Below are positions 7,493 through 17,441 of a stretch of DNA of 64,000 nucleotides, one piece after another (position 1 is the first letter of the stretch; every line of letters begins with the position of its first letter). The notes beneath the pieces are model-generated. The model was not told the DNA's origin and made no database searches. It saw nothing but the letters and a program-made list of their open reading frames with translations. The stretch comes from Eubacteriales bacterium (GTDB taxonomy: Bacteria > Bacillota > Clostridia > Oscillospirales > CAG-272): the NCBI GenBank assembly GCA_045655185.1, contig JAZOOS010000012.1, positions 17,700-81,699 of the forward strand, written 5' to 3'. The position numbers and the translations under genes were made by a program.

Positions 7493-8344
7493 TTATTTCT
7501 GTAGCTCTTTGTAAAGAATACTTTTCGAAACGCCGCGATCCTTGGCGGCAGCCTTGATGGCGTCCATGCGGGCAAGACCGCCCCTTTCGTAATAGGAAAC
7601 GTGCTCTTCGGGCGAAAGGGCGCAAAGCGGATTTTCGGCCTCGGCGCAAACGCCCCCTTCAAGGATCAGCACGTATTCACCGCGCGGCTCTTTTTCTTCG
7701 TATAGGGAAACCGCCTCTTGAAGGGTCGTGCGGCAGATCTCCTCGTTCAGCTTGGTAAGCTCACGGCATAGGGCGATCGCGCGCCCTTTGCCAAGGGCCT
7801 CTTCAAGATCCGAAAGCGTTCGGCGCAGCTTATGCGGCGCCTCGTAAAGGATCAGCGTGCAAGAAAGCTTTGAAAGGGCGTTAAGGCGCTCTCGCCGCGC
7901 GGCCTTATCGGTCGGTAAAAAGCCCTCAAAGAAAAAGTGCGAGGTCGAAAGACCCGAAAGCGCAAGGGCCGTTACGGCGGCGCAGCACCCGGGGACGCAG
8001 GTGATCGGAATCTTCCGCTCGGCGCAAAGCCTTACGAGATCCTCGCCGGGATCGCTGATCGCGGGCATACCCGCATCGGTCAGAAGCGCGCAGCTTTCCC
8101 CCGCCAGAAGACGGGCGGCGATCTCTTCGCCGCTTTCGCGCTTGTTATGCTCGTGATAGGAAACGAGGGGCTTTTTGATCTCAAAATGCGAAAGAAGGCG
8201 CAAGCTGTTGCGCGTATCCTCGGCGGCGATAAAGTCGACCCCCGAAAGCACCTTCAGGGCGCGGGCCGAAAGATCGTCGAGATTTCCGATCGGGGTGGCG
8301 ACCAGATAAAGCGTTCCTTCGTTTATTTTGTTCTTCTCGCTCAT
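7493..8344 (-). CDS. rsmI: 16S rRNA (cytidine1402-2'-O)-methyltransferase
   Basis: 283 aa; LYLVATPIGNLDDLS...AEDTR motif; conserved position next to trmN6. Confidence 0.9.
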   Translation of the reverse strand: MSEKNKINEGTLYLVATPIGNLDDLSARALKVLSGVDFIAAEDTRNSLRLLSHFEIKKPLVSYHEHNKRESGEEIAARLLAGESCALLTDAGMPAISDPGEDLVRLCAERKIPITCVPGCCAAVTALALSGLSTSHFFFEGFLPTDKAARRERLNALSKLSCTLILYEAPHKLRRTLSDLEEALGKGRAIALCRELTKLNEEICRTTLQEAVSLYEEKEPRGEYVLILEGGVCAEAENPLCALSPEEHVSYYERGGLARMDAIKAAAKDRGVSKSILYKELQK

Positions 8345-9087
8345 AGGTTCTCCTTTTCGGGGAAAAGTATTCCTTCTCTATAAAGCCGAAGCATCGTTTG
8401 GCTTTCGGCGGTGTGGCTTTCATCGGTATAAAGCGTAAGCGGGCTCTCTTCCAAAAATCGGGAAGCGCCCCTTCCCAGCTCAACGAGAAATAAGGTGGGC
8501 GCGGCCCCCTCGTGCTTGGTAACGGGCAAAAGACGGCGGGGGAAAAGCTTTTGCTTTTCGGCCTCGCCCAAAAGCTCTCGCTTTCGGCGGTAGGGATATA
8601 CGCAAAAGAAGCGCCCGTCATCGGAAAGAAGCCGCCCTACCGCTGAAAAAAGCTCTGAAAGGGTCAAATTTTCCTCAAAGCGGGAAAGATAAGAAAGGCG
8701 GCTTTTGGGGCTTTTTCCACTCCCAACCTTGTAGTAGGGGGGATTGGAAAAGATGATCGGGTATCGTTTCGGTGGGCAAAAGAGGCGGACGTCCGCTTCA
8801 AACAGCGCGACCGAATCGGTAAGGCTGTTGTGAAGGAGATTCTCTTTAGCGACGGCGCAGAGCTCTTTTTGGATTTCTACCGCGTCAATATGCCGAAGCT
8901 TTTTTCGCAGGGCGCAAAGCACCGATACCGTGCCGACCCCCGCCCCGATCTCAAGCCCCTCCTTTTCCTTGTCTTGGGGCAGAAAGCCCGCAAGAAGCAA
9001 AGCGTCGGTCGAGATCGAAAGGGCATCGCGCAAAAGAAGAAGCGTTTTGTCGCCCCTAAGCTTTTCTTCGTGCAGGCCGTTTCCCAT
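8341..9087 (-). CDS. tRNA (adenine37-N6)-methyltransferase, YabB/TrmN6-like
   Basis: 248 aa; SAM motif LEIGAGVG and NPPY motif (FSNPPYY); 4-nt overlap with rsmI. Confidence 0.8.
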   Translation of the reverse strand: MGNGLHEEKLRGDKTLLLLRDALSISTDALLLAGFLPQDKEKEGLEIGAGVGTVSVLCALRKKLRHIDAVEIQKELCAVAKENLLHNSLTDSVALFEADVRLFCPPKRYPIIFSNPPYYKVGSGKSPKSRLSYLSRFEENLTLSELFSAVGRLLSDDGRFFCVYPYRRKRELLGEAEKQKLFPRRLLPVTKHEGAAPTLFLVELGRGASRFLEESPLTLYTDESHTAESQTMLRLYREGILFPEKENL

Positions 9088-9150
9088 TTTCTTCTCCTAT
9101 TTATGAAGAAAGCGGAGCGAAAATTCCGCTCCGCTTTCACGGTAAGTATT

Positions 9151-9321
9151 TTATGCTTCCTGGGGTGCGTTGACGGGGCAAACCGAAGCGCACGAGCCGC
9201 AATCGATGCACTTATCGGGATCGATAACGAACTTGCTGTCGCCCTCGGAGATAGCCTCGACGGGGCACTCGTTGGCGCAAGCACCACAGTTCAGGCAATC
9301 ATCATTGATAACGTATGCCAT
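9151..9321 (-). CDS. 2x[4Fe-4S] ferredoxin (56 aa, below the ORF-track cutoff)
   Basis: My translation is MAYVINDDCLNCGACANECPVEAISEGDSKFVIDPDKCIDCGSCASVCPVNAPQEA, with two CxxCxxCxxxCP motifs; AGGAGGA lies 8 nt upstream. Confidence 0.85.
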   Translation of the reverse strand: MAYVINDDCLNCGACANECPVEAISEGDSKFVIDPDKCIDCGSCASVCPVNAPQEA

Positions 9322-9359
9322 AGCTTTATATCCTCCTAAAAATTTTATCTAGCGATATC

Positions 9360-9388
9360 ATTTTAACACATAATATGAAAAAATCAAG
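9360..9388 (-). promoter_or_regulatory. Putative promoter of the ferredoxin gene
   Basis: On the minus strand: TTGATT, 16-nt spacer, TGtTAAAAT. Confidence 0.5.
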
Positions 9389-9414
9389 GGATTTTTGAAA
9401 AAAAGCGCCGTTTT

Positions 9415-10353
9415 TTAGTTTTCTTGCTTCTTTTCGTCGTTGTGCCCTTGCCCCGGCTTCTTTTTTGGCTTGCCCGAGCGAAGGACGCTTACCTCATCGC
9501 AAGGGTAGAGGTGGGGGGTATCGGGCTTTTCGTCAAGGCGTACCTTGATCTGCCCCAAGAGCGGTCGGGTCTCGATAACGGTCCCCTCGCCGTCTGCCGT
9601 CGAAACCGACGAGCCGACCGAAGGGGTCTTTTTAAGGGCTTCCTCGTAGGCTTCATGCTCATAGCGCAGGCAGCACATCAAGCGGCCGCAAGCCCCCGAA
9701 ATTTTGGCTGAGTTTAACGAGAAGTTCTGTTCCTTCGCCATTTTGATGGTGACCTGCGCGAAATCGGGCAGGAAGGAAGCGCAGCAATAGGGGCGACCGC
9801 AGGTACCGATACCGCCGAGAAGCTTTGCTTCGTCGCGGATACCGATCTGCCGAAGCTCGATACGGGTATGGAAGGTGGAGGCAAGATCCTTAACAAGCTC
9901 TCTGAAATCGACCCGCTTTTCGGCGGTGAAATAGAAGAGAAGCTTGCTGTTGTCAAAGGTGTATTCGGCGCTGACGAGATCCATCTCCAACTTATGCTGG
10001 GCGATCTTCTCGCGGCAGGTCTTCATAGCGTCTGCCTCTAACTCGTGGTTGCGGCTGTTCCTTTCGCGGTCAAGGTCGGTGGCGATCCGCGTAACAATAC
10101 GAAGCGGGGGAACGATGGCGGAGGCGGGTACCATTTTGTTGGCGATGGCGATCTTGCCGAATTCCATGCCGCGCGCGGTCTCTACAATGACCTGCTGTCC
10201 CACCGAAAGCTTTAAGCGACCGGGGGAGAAATAATACTTTTTGCCCGTTGTGCGGAAGGATACGCCCACCACTTCAACCGGCGGCGCGTTCTCGGGCAAC
10301 GCTTCTTTTTTTGCTTCTTCTAAAAGCTCTTTTTTTGTTTCTTCCATGATCAT
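9415..10353 (-). CDS. ricT: PSP1-domain protein RicT/YaaT
   Basis: 312 aa; Cys clusters CGRPYCC and CGRLMCCL typical of YaaT; sits directly downstream of holB as in Bacillus. Confidence 0.85.
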   Translation of the reverse strand: MIMEETKKELLEEAKKEALPENAPPVEVVGVSFRTTGKKYYFSPGRLKLSVGQQVIVETARGMEFGKIAIANKMVPASAIVPPLRIVTRIATDLDRERNSRNHELEADAMKTCREKIAQHKLEMDLVSAEYTFDNSKLLFYFTAEKRVDFRELVKDLASTFHTRIELRQIGIRDEAKLLGGIGTCGRPYCCASFLPDFAQVTIKMAKEQNFSLNSAKISGACGRLMCCLRYEHEAYEEALKKTPSVGSSVSTADGEGTVIETRPLLGQIKVRLDEKPDTPHLYPCDEVSVLRSGKPKKKPGQGHNDEKKQEN

Positions 10354-10374
10354 CTATAACCTCAATTCGTGTAT

Positions 10375-11409
10375 TTACAGCGTCCGATGCAGGGCGCTTA
10401 TCATCGTGTGGATCAAAAGCTGGGTATTGGCGTTCCGAGAAAGGTCGTACAGCACCCCTTCAAGGATCTCGGAAAAGTGAAGCAGGCGGCGAATACCGAT
10501 CCGATCGGCGGTAGAAAGCGCGCTTTCCCGATCGTAAAAGTAGCAAAGCTTTACCCCCTCGGCCCTCTTTAAGAGAACGAGGTCGCGCACCGCCTCAAAA
10601 AGCAACGAAAGGATATCCGAAAGCTCGCTTCTTTTTTCGGTCGGCAGGGCGGAAAAGGCGGCATAGATAGCCGAAAAGCGGTTCTCGGCGAGAGCGGTCA
10701 GCAACCCGTCTACCACCTCACGCTGCTTTAAGATCTTATTGAGAGAAGCCCCATCCAGATACCGAAGCGCCGTGCCGATCGAGCCGTGGCTGCTTTCAAG
10801 AAGCGCCGCGTAACGCTCGGGGCTTTCTTTTTTCAGCTTCTCGGCGGTTTTTTCGTTCCTCAGAAAGACGTCGATCTCCTCGGGCTCAAAAAGCTCGGTC
10901 CGCAAGATCTGGCAGCGGCTCCTTACGGTGGGCAAAAGCTTTTCAAGCTGCTCGCACAAAAGAAGGATGATGACCCCCTTCGGCGGCTCCTCCAGCGAAA
11001 TAAGAAGGGCGTTCTGGGCGGCGGCATTCATCGCATCCGCCCCCTCGACGATATAGATCTTGTGATCCGAATCGTTGGCGGCCAGCACCATATCGGCGCG
11101 TAAGGAACGGATCTTTTCAACCGTTATCTGCGTCTTTCCCTCTTCGGGGGTCACGTAGGTAAGGTCGGGGCATTGGCGAGCCTTTATCTTTTGGCAGGCG
11201 GGGCAGATACCGCAGGGCAAGGGAAGGGCGGCGTTTTTTCGGTTATGGCACAAAAGCGAAGCGGCGATCTCTTCGGCTAAGAGATGCTTGCCGCTGCCCG
11301 TCGGCCCGTCAAGGATCATCGCGTGGGGGAAGGTCCCGTTTTCGATCATATTGGCAAGCGTTTTCTTTTGCTCTTCGTTGCCAAAAAGCCGTTCAAATAG
11401 GTTTCGCAT
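10375..11409 (-). CDS. holB: DNA polymerase III subunit delta-prime
   Basis: 344 aa; P-loop GPTGSGKH and Zn module CGICPACQ; conserved holB-yaaT synteny. Confidence 0.85.
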   Translation of the reverse strand: MRNLFERLFGNEEQKKTLANMIENGTFPHAMILDGPTGSGKHLLAEEIAASLLCHNRKNAALPLPCGICPACQKIKARQCPDLTYVTPEEGKTQITVEKIRSLRADMVLAANDSDHKIYIVEGADAMNAAAQNALLISLEEPPKGVIILLLCEQLEKLLPTVRSRCQILRTELFEPEEIDVFLRNEKTAEKLKKESPERYAALLESSHGSIGTALRYLDGASLNKILKQREVVDGLLTALAENRFSAIYAAFSALPTEKRSELSDILSLLFEAVRDLVLLKRAEGVKLCYFYDRESALSTADRIGIRRLLHFSEILEGVLYDLSRNANTQLLIHTMISALHRTL

Positions 11410-11523
11410 GGGGCGCCCTCCTTCCTTTGTTTATTATAGCAGACCGAAAAGGGAAAGTCAAATGCTTTTTGGTGGGAAAGCTGCCATATCGTGAAAAGTT
11501 CGCCGATAAATCCCGAAAATCGC

Positions 11524-11552
11524 TTGTATTTCCTCCCCGAATGTGTTACAAT
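11524..11552 (+). promoter_or_regulatory. Putative metG promoter
   Basis: TTGTAT, 17-nt spacer, TGtTACAAT; leaves a leader of about 185 nt. Confidence 0.55.
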
Positions 11553-11743
11553 ATATAGGATAAAAAAAGAGAAAAACGCCCTCTCTCGCCTTTTTCTGCA
11601 AAAAGCTGCGAAGGTGAGCGCATCTAAGCATGTTTTTGTAAAGAAAACATTTCATTTTGTTCAACCGTTCCCCGCCAAGCGGTTCATTTCCGCCGATGGC
11701 GTGGGGCAGGATATAAAATCTCTTTCATCAGGAGGCCTTTTTT

Positions 11744-13681
11744 ATGGCAAGCAAGCAAGAAAAATTCTACATCACCACCGCGATCGCTTACAGCAGCCGT
11801 AAGCCGCACTTCGGCAACACCTACGAGGTGATCATGACCGATGCCGTTGCCCGCTTTCAGCGCCAGATGGGTAAGGACGTCTTTTTCCTGACCGGTACCG
11901 ACGAGCATGGGCAGAAGATCGAAAACCTGGCTAAGGAAAGCAATCAGACCCCCCAAAGCTACGTAGACGGCGTTTCGGGTGAGATCCGCCGCATCTGGGA
12001 TCTGATGGGCGCAAGCTACGATCACTTTATCCGCACGACCGATGAGTCGCACGTAAAAAGCGTTCAGCATATTTTCGAAAAGCTTTATAACAAGGGCGAT
12101 ATCTATAAGGGATACTACGAGGGCTGGTACTGTACGCCCTGCGAATCCTTCTTCACCGATACGCAGGCCGAGAGCGGCGTATGCCCCGATTGCGGACGTC
12201 CGGTTCAGAAAACGAGAGAAGAAGCGTATTTCTTCCGTATGAGCAAATACGCCGATCGCTTGATCGAATACATTAACGACCACGTTGATTTCATCGAGCC
12301 CGAGGGGCGCAAGAAGGAGATGCTCAACAACTTCCTTCTCGCCGGTCTTCAAGATCTTTGCGTATCCCGCAGCTCCTTCAGCTGGGGCGTTCCGGTTCCC
12401 TTTGATGAAAAGCACGTGATCTACGTGTGGATCGACGCGCTTTCGAACTATATCACCGCCCTTGGATATGACCCCATCCTTGACGAGCAGCCCGCCCTGT
12501 TCCAAAAGTATTGGCCGGCTGAGGTACACGTGATCGGAAAGGATATTCTCCGCTTCCACACGATCTATTGGCCGATCCTCCTGATGGCGCTTGATCTGCC
12601 CCTGCCGAAAAAGGTATTCGGGCATCCCTGGTTCAATTCGGGCGCCGATAAAATGTCCAAATCCCGCGGCAACGTGATCTACGCCGATACGCTGGCGGAG
12701 GATATCGGGGTAGACGGCGTTCGTTATTTTGCCCTTTCCGAGATGCCCTACGCCGCCGACGGAAGCATCACCTACGAGGGGGTCATCAACCGCTATAATA
12801 CCGACCTTGCCAACAACCTCGGCAACCTCGTCAGCCGTACCCACGCCATGACCAAAAAGTATTTTGAAGGGGTCGTGCCCGCCCCCGGCGCCGAGGAGGG
12901 GACCGACGGCGAATTGAAGGCGACCGTCAAGGAAGCGGTTGCGGAATGCCGCCGCTTGATGGAAAGCTTCCATATTGCCGATTCGCTTGAGGTGCTGTTC
13001 TCGATGCTTCGCCGCGCCAATAAGTATATTGACGAAACCATGCCTTGGGCCCTCGCGAAGGACGAAAGCCAGAAGGAACGCCTGGGTACCGTGCTTTATA
13101 ACCTCCTTGAGGTCATTCGTACGGCCGCCGTTATCTTAACGCCTTACTTGCCCTCGACCGCCGAGAAGATCTTTTCTCAGCTGAACACCGATAAGACCGC
13201 TTATGAGACCGTATCGGCCTTCGGCGCGCTTTTAAGCGGCGAGACGCTTGGCGAGGCTTCGCCTCTCTTCGCCCGTATCGACGAAGCCGCCTTCTTTAAG
13301 AAATTAGAGGAAAGACAAGCCGCCGAGGAAGCCGCGGCGGGTCCCCGGATCGAACACGAAGAGCCGATCAAGATCGACGACTTCGGTAAGGTAGAGCTTC
13401 GCTCTGCCAAGATCATCGCCGCGGAGAAGATCAAAAAGGCTAAAAAGCTTTTGAAGCTGCAGGTAGACCTCGGCTATGAAAAGCGTCAGGTCGTTTCGGG
13501 TATCGCCAATTTCTATACGCCCGAGGAGCTGATCGGAAAGACCGTCGTGCTTGTTACCAATCTCGTTCCCGCCAAGCTTTGCGGGGAAGAGAGCTACGGC
13601 ATGATCTTGGCTTCCGGAGAAGAAGAGGTACGCGTTGTGTTCCTCGATCCCGAAACGCCGCTTGGGGAAAGAATTCACTGA
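11744..13681 (+). CDS. metG: Methionyl-tRNA synthetase
   Basis: 645 aa; KMSKS present (DKMSKSRGN), Zn knuckle CTPCE...CPDCG, C-terminal tRNA-binding (EMAP-like) domain. Confidence 0.95.
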   Translation: MASKQEKFYITTAIAYSSRKPHFGNTYEVIMTDAVARFQRQMGKDVFFLTGTDEHGQKIENLAKESNQTPQSYVDGVSGEIRRIWDLMGASYDHFIRTTDESHVKSVQHIFEKLYNKGDIYKGYYEGWYCTPCESFFTDTQAESGVCPDCGRPVQKTREEAYFFRMSKYADRLIEYINDHVDFIEPEGRKKEMLNNFLLAGLQDLCVSRSSFSWGVPVPFDEKHVIYVWIDALSNYITALGYDPILDEQPALFQKYWPAEVHVIGKDILRFHTIYWPILLMALDLPLPKKVFGHPWFNSGADKMSKSRGNVIYADTLAEDIGVDGVRYFALSEMPYAADGSITYEGVINRYNTDLANNLGNLVSRTHAMTKKYFEGVVPAPGAEEGTDGELKATVKEAVAECRRLMESFHIADSLEVLFSMLRRANKYIDETMPWALAKDESQKERLGTVLYNLLEVIRTAAVILTPYLPSTAEKIFSQLNTDKTAYETVSAFGALLSGETLGEASPLFARIDEAAFFKKLEERQAAEEAAAGPRIEHEEPIKIDDFGKVELRSAKIIAAEKIKKAKKLLKLQVDLGYEKRQVVSGIANFYTPEELIGKTVVLVTNLVPAKLCGEESYGMILASGEEEVRVVFLDPETPLGERIH

Positions 13682-14469
13682 TGCGCTTTTTCGATTCGCA
13701 CGCCCATTATTGGGATAGCCGCTTTGAAGAGGAGCTTGGGAAAGAGGAGACCGATAAGCTGATCTCCTCACTCCTTCGGGGAGAGGTTCCGCGTATCGTA
13801 AACGTGGCGACCTCGCCCGAAACCGCTCTTCTTACCGTCGCGCAAGCGCAAAAATACGATGGGATGCTGACCGCCCTTGGGATCCACCCCTCCGACTGTC
13901 AATCGCTTCCGTCAATAGACGATGCGCTCCTTTCGATCGAGCGAATGTTGAAGGATCCCGCATCCAAGGCCGTAGCCCTTGGCGAGATCGGCCTTGACTA
14001 TCATTACGAGGATACGCAAAAGGAAACCCAGCAGCTCTATTTTCGAGAGCAGCTGAAAATGGCCGAGAGGCTTTCGCTACCCGTCGTCATTCACGATCGG
14101 GATGCCCATGGGGATATCCTTCGCATCCTTTCCGAGTTCCCGTCGGTCTGCGGTATTCTGCACAGCTACAGCGGTAGCGCCGAAATGGCTAAGGAGCTGA
14201 TCGAGCTTGGCTATTACATCTCTTTTTCGGGTACGGTCACCTTTAAAAACGCCGAGCGCGTGCGAGGGGTTGCCGCCGCCCTGCCGCCCGACCGCCTTCT
14301 GATCGAAACCGATTGCCCCTATCTTTCGCCCGATCCGTATCGCGGGCGCTTAAACCATTCGGGACGCTTGGGCTTGACGCTTGCCGCGCTTGCTTCTGCC
14401 GTGGGGATCCCCGCAGAGGAATACGCCGAGACGGTTTATCAAAACACGCTTTCCGCCTATCGGATATAA
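13681..14469 (+). CDS. tatD: TatD-family metal-dependent hydrolase
   Basis: Start MRFFDSHAHY overlaps the metG stop (TGATG); conserved metG-tatD (yabD) synteny. Confidence 0.85.
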   Translation: MRFFDSHAHYWDSRFEEELGKEETDKLISSLLRGEVPRIVNVATSPETALLTVAQAQKYDGMLTALGIHPSDCQSLPSIDDALLSIERMLKDPASKAVALGEIGLDYHYEDTQKETQQLYFREQLKMAERLSLPVVIHDRDAHGDILRILSEFPSVCGILHSYSGSAEMAKELIELGYYISFSGTVTFKNAERVRGVAAALPPDRLLIETDCPYLSPDPYRGRLNHSGRLGLTLAALASAVGIPAEEYAETVYQNTLSAYRI

Positions 14470-14502
14470 AAAAGAACCGCAGATTTTCTGCGGTTCTTTT
14501 TT
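14470..14502. terminator. Bidirectional terminator
   Basis: gaaccgcag / ctgcggttc stem with flanking A-run and T-run. Confidence 0.8.
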
Positions 14503-14533
14503 GTTAATTACAACAAAACGCAAACAAAACGTT

Positions 14534-15847
14534 TCATTCACCGTGTCGCTTTGCGATGCGAAAAAGCCCCGAAAGCATCATAAGAAGCGAATCGTCCGCT
14601 AAGGAAAGGGGATAAAGCCCGATCCCCGAAAAACGCATCCTCTTCAATAGGGTAAGCTTTTTATAAAGGCTTTCGGCGTCCTCAAAAAAGACGATGTGGC
14701 GCCCCTTTTCCTCGTAGGTGAAATACGGACATTCGGCCAGCTTATCGTAGCAGATAGGGCTGTGGTGTTGCTTGGCGATGGCAAGCGCTTCCTTCGTTCC
14801 GTAGATCGTGGCGGGGCTTTGAGAGCCTACCGTATAATCCTTAGCGCAAAGAGAAAGACCCAGCATCGTCTTTTCGGGTCGAAGCAGGGGCAACGCTTCC
14901 TTCGTCGCCCATTCCATTTTCTCAAACGGGGCAAGCGGGCAGGGCGTGCCGAAGCGGGAGGTAAGGGCGTGCGTGCTCAGCATAAGGGCGCTTGAAGCGC
15001 GCCCAAGCGCCGCCGTATCCTCCCCGGGGGAAAGCGGCGCTTGCCCCGCAACCTTTGCTTCGAGCGCGCAAAGCAAAAAGCCGCCGAGCGAGGAAAGCTT
15101 ACGGCGAAGCTGGATGCAAAAGGCGGTAAAATTATCCTTGGCGGCAAGCGGAATAAAGGTAAGATCAAGATAGACGCCGCCATATCCCTTTTCCTTTACG
15201 GCAGAAAGCAGGCTATTGACGAGATGTTGCCGCGCGTTTTCATTTTTTAGAAATGAAAGCACTTTTTCTTCTTCGCCCCCTTTTTCATCTTTTGGGGTGG
15301 GGCGGATCCCGAGAAGCGGGGTTACGTAGCGCCGCCTGGCAAGCTGTAAGGCTTCCTCGGCGTCAAGCAAATGAAGGCTACCATCCTCGTCAAAATGATT
15401 TCCTACGATCGAAACAAAGCTGAGATAGGGGCAATATTCCGAAAGAAGCTCTTCCATACCCGCAGTGATAAAGCCAACCGTTGAAAGCGCGCCAAGGGGC
15501 GGATCGCATAGCGAAAGAGTAAGCGTTTGTCCGGGATAGGGCTCCCCTGCGTGCCGCAGGGCGGGATTGTATTGGAGAAGGCGAGAGTGGGAGATGCGGT
15601 GTGCCGAAGCAATCTCCTTTACGTCCTCCTTTCCCTTTACGGTATGGGTGGCGGACGGAGAAAAAAGCAGAATTGCCTGTCCTACGGGGAGCGGTTCGTC
15701 AAGTGAAAGGCCGTTTTGCTCGGCAAGAAGAATAGGGGATACCGAAAGGCTTCGGGCGATCCCCGAAAGAGTGTCCCCTTCCTTTACACGGTATAGCTGC
15801 ATGCGCTGCCTCCTTTTATCCATGGTACTCTTTCCCAGTATATGCAA
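14534..15847 (-). CDS. LysM-domain protein with GH18-like domain (YaaH/SleL-like)
   Basis: 437 aa; two N-terminal LysM-like repeats (YRVKEGDTLSGIAR..., HTVKGKEDVKEIASAH...) followed by a chitinase-like domain. Confidence 0.65.
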   Translation of the reverse strand: MHILGKSTMDKRRQRMQLYRVKEGDTLSGIARSLSVSPILLAEQNGLSLDEPLPVGQAILLFSPSATHTVKGKEDVKEIASAHRISHSRLLQYNPALRHAGEPYPGQTLTLSLCDPPLGALSTVGFITAGMEELLSEYCPYLSFVSIVGNHFDEDGSLHLLDAEEALQLARRRYVTPLLGIRPTPKDEKGGEEEKVLSFLKNENARQHLVNSLLSAVKEKGYGGVYLDLTFIPLAAKDNFTAFCIQLRRKLSSLGGFLLCALEAKVAGQAPLSPGEDTAALGRASSALMLSTHALTSRFGTPCPLAPFEKMEWATKEALPLLRPEKTMLGLSLCAKDYTVGSQSPATIYGTKEALAIAKQHHSPICYDKLAECPYFTYEEKGRHIVFFEDAESLYKKLTLLKRMRFSGIGLYPLSLADDSLLMMLSGLFRIAKRHGE

Positions 15848-15927
15848 AGAGGAAAGTGGGCGTTCCTTGGGTATTTCGTTTTTTTCTTTGGGAATAATAG
15901 GGGTAATATCCCGTTTAGGAGGAAAAT

Positions 15928-17187
15928 ATGAGTAAAATACAGATCGTAAGGGCTACGGCCCGTGAAATACTGGATTCAAGAGGCAATCCGACCTTGGAGA
16001 CCACGGTGTATCTCAGTAATGGCGCCGTTGGCTGCGCCTCGGTCCCCTCGGGGGCGTCCACAGGTAAATACGAGGCTAAGGAGCTTCGCGATAACCGTGA
16101 GCGATACAGGGGACGCGGGGTTTTGGATGCAGTTTATAACGTTAATAAGATCATTTCTCCCGCGCTTTCGGGCATTGGCGCGCAGGAGCAGGAGGAGATA
16201 GACAGCACGATGCTGCTTCTCGACGGAACCCCCGATAAAAGTAAGCTGGGGGCCAACGCCATTCTTTCGGTCTCGTTGGCTGCGGCAAGGGCTGCGGCAT
16301 GTGCACTGGGGATCCCACTTTTTCGGTATATCGGTGGGGCGAGGGCACGCCGCTTGCCAATTCCGATGATGAATGTTCTCAATGGCGGCGCCCATGCGGC
16401 GAACAATCTCGATATCCAGGAGTTTATGCTGGTACCCCTTGGTGCTGAAAGCTTTAAGGAAGCGCTTCGGATGGGAAGCGAGATCTATCACACATTAGGC
16501 GGTCTCTTGAAGCGAAAAGGTCTTTCCTCGGGCGTTGGAGACGAGGGGGGATATGCCCCCAGCCTTGAGGGGGAGGAAGAGGCGCTGATGCTTCTTTGCA
16601 CCGCCATTAAAGAGGCGGGATACAGCACCGATACCGTTAAGATCGCCTTGGACGCTGCCGCTTCGGAGTGGAAGAAGAATGGCGAAAAAGAATATTATCT
16701 GCCGAAAAGCGGGCGCCGCTATACCACCGAAGGCCTGATCGATTATTGGCAGGAGCTGGTGCGTAAATACCCGATCCTTTCAATCGAGGATGCCCTTGGG
16801 GAAGAGGATATGGGCGGTTGGCGCATGCTTACCGAACGGCTTCCCTCAACCATGCTGGTGGGGGACGATCTGTTTGTCACCGATGAAGGCCGCCTTTTAG
16901 ACGGGATCGAAAAGGGGGCAGGAAACGCTATTCTTATCAAGCCCAATCAGGTGGGGACGTTGAGTGAAACGCTTCATGTGATTGATATGGCGGAAAAAAA
17001 CGGCTATCGCTATATCCTTTCCCATCGCTCGGGCGATACCGAGGATACCACACTTGCCGACCTTGCTGTGGGGTGCGGGGGCGGCTTTATCAAGGCGGGA
17101 GCGCCCTGCCGAAGCGAGCGGGTGGCAAAATACAACCGTCTTTTAAAGATTGAGGCTGTGATCTTCCAAGGGGGAATTTACGGATAA
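15928..17187 (+). CDS. eno: Enolase
   Basis: 419 aa; motifs [32 protein letters not shown]. Confidence 0.93.
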   Translation: MSKIQIVRATAREILDSRGNPTLETTVYLSNGAVGCASVPSGASTGKYEAKELRDNRERYRGRGVLDAVYNVNKIISPALSGIGAQEQEEIDSTMLLLDGTPDKSKLGANAILSVSLAAARAAACALGIPLFRYIGGARARRLPIPMMNVLNGGAHAANNLDIQEFMLVPLGAESFKEALRMGSEIYHTLGGLLKRKGLSSGVGDEGGYAPSLEGEEEALMLLCTAIKEAGYSTDTVKIALDAAASEWKKNGEKEYYLPKSGRRYTTEGLIDYWQELVRKYPILSIEDALGEEDMGGWRMLTERLPSTMLVGDDLFVTDEGRLLDGIEKGAGNAILIKPNQVGTLSETLHVIDMAEKNGYRYILSHRSGDTEDTTLADLAVGCGGGFIKAGAPCRSERVAKYNRLLKIEAVIFQGGIYG

Positions 17188-17286
17188 AAAAGAGGGGGGC
17201 GAAGGGCTTTGCCTTTTGCCCCCCTCTTCTCAAAGCCGAAAAAAGCATTATTTTCCTATAAACTCCTATAAACTTTGAAAAAAGGC

Positions 17287-17315
17287 TTGACAAAGCTTTC
17301 CTCTTATGCTATCAT
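17287..17315 (+). promoter_or_regulatory. tRNA-Lys promoter
   Basis: TTGACA, 17-nt spacer, TGcTATCAT. Confidence 0.65.
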
Positions 17316-17332
17316 AAATGAGCGTTAATTTT

Positions 17333-17408
17333 GCCCCTGTAGCTCAGACGGTAGAGCACTTGACTTTTAATCAAGGTGTCCGGAGTTCGAATCTCCGCAG
17401 GAGCACCA
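17333..17408 (+). tRNA. tRNA-Lys (anticodon UUU)
   Basis: Manual cloverleaf: D arm agctcagacggtagagc, anticodon loop cuUUUaa, T arm cggagttcgaatctccg, encoded CCA; one C-A mismatch in the acceptor stem. Confidence 0.88.
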
Positions 17409-17441
17409 AAAAAACGGCAAGCCTTGGCTTGCCGTTTTTTA
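17409..17441 (+). terminator. Terminator after tRNA-Lys
   Basis: acggcaagcc / ggcttgccgt hairpin followed by tttttt. Confidence 0.8.

Noticed and set aside
11684-12973. 429-aa ORF antisense to metG. Similar long antisense or shadow ORFs occur at 41112-42509, 37845-38966, 30029-31306, 24345-25331, 25353-26255, 44108-44941 and 60992-61621.
   Set aside because: Each lies opposite a confidently identified housekeeping gene. Their translations are Arg/Gly/Ala-rich low-complexity sequences with no motifs and no SD. This is the typical stop-codon-poor antisense frame artefact of high-GC DNA.
15928-17187. Enolase looked slightly divergent (SHRSGDTED, 419 aa), which could indicate a pseudo-enzyme.
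   Set aside because: All metal-binding and catalytic positions I could check are present (SIEDAL, VGDDL, KPNQ, SHRSG, KAG), so it is an ordinary functional enolase.
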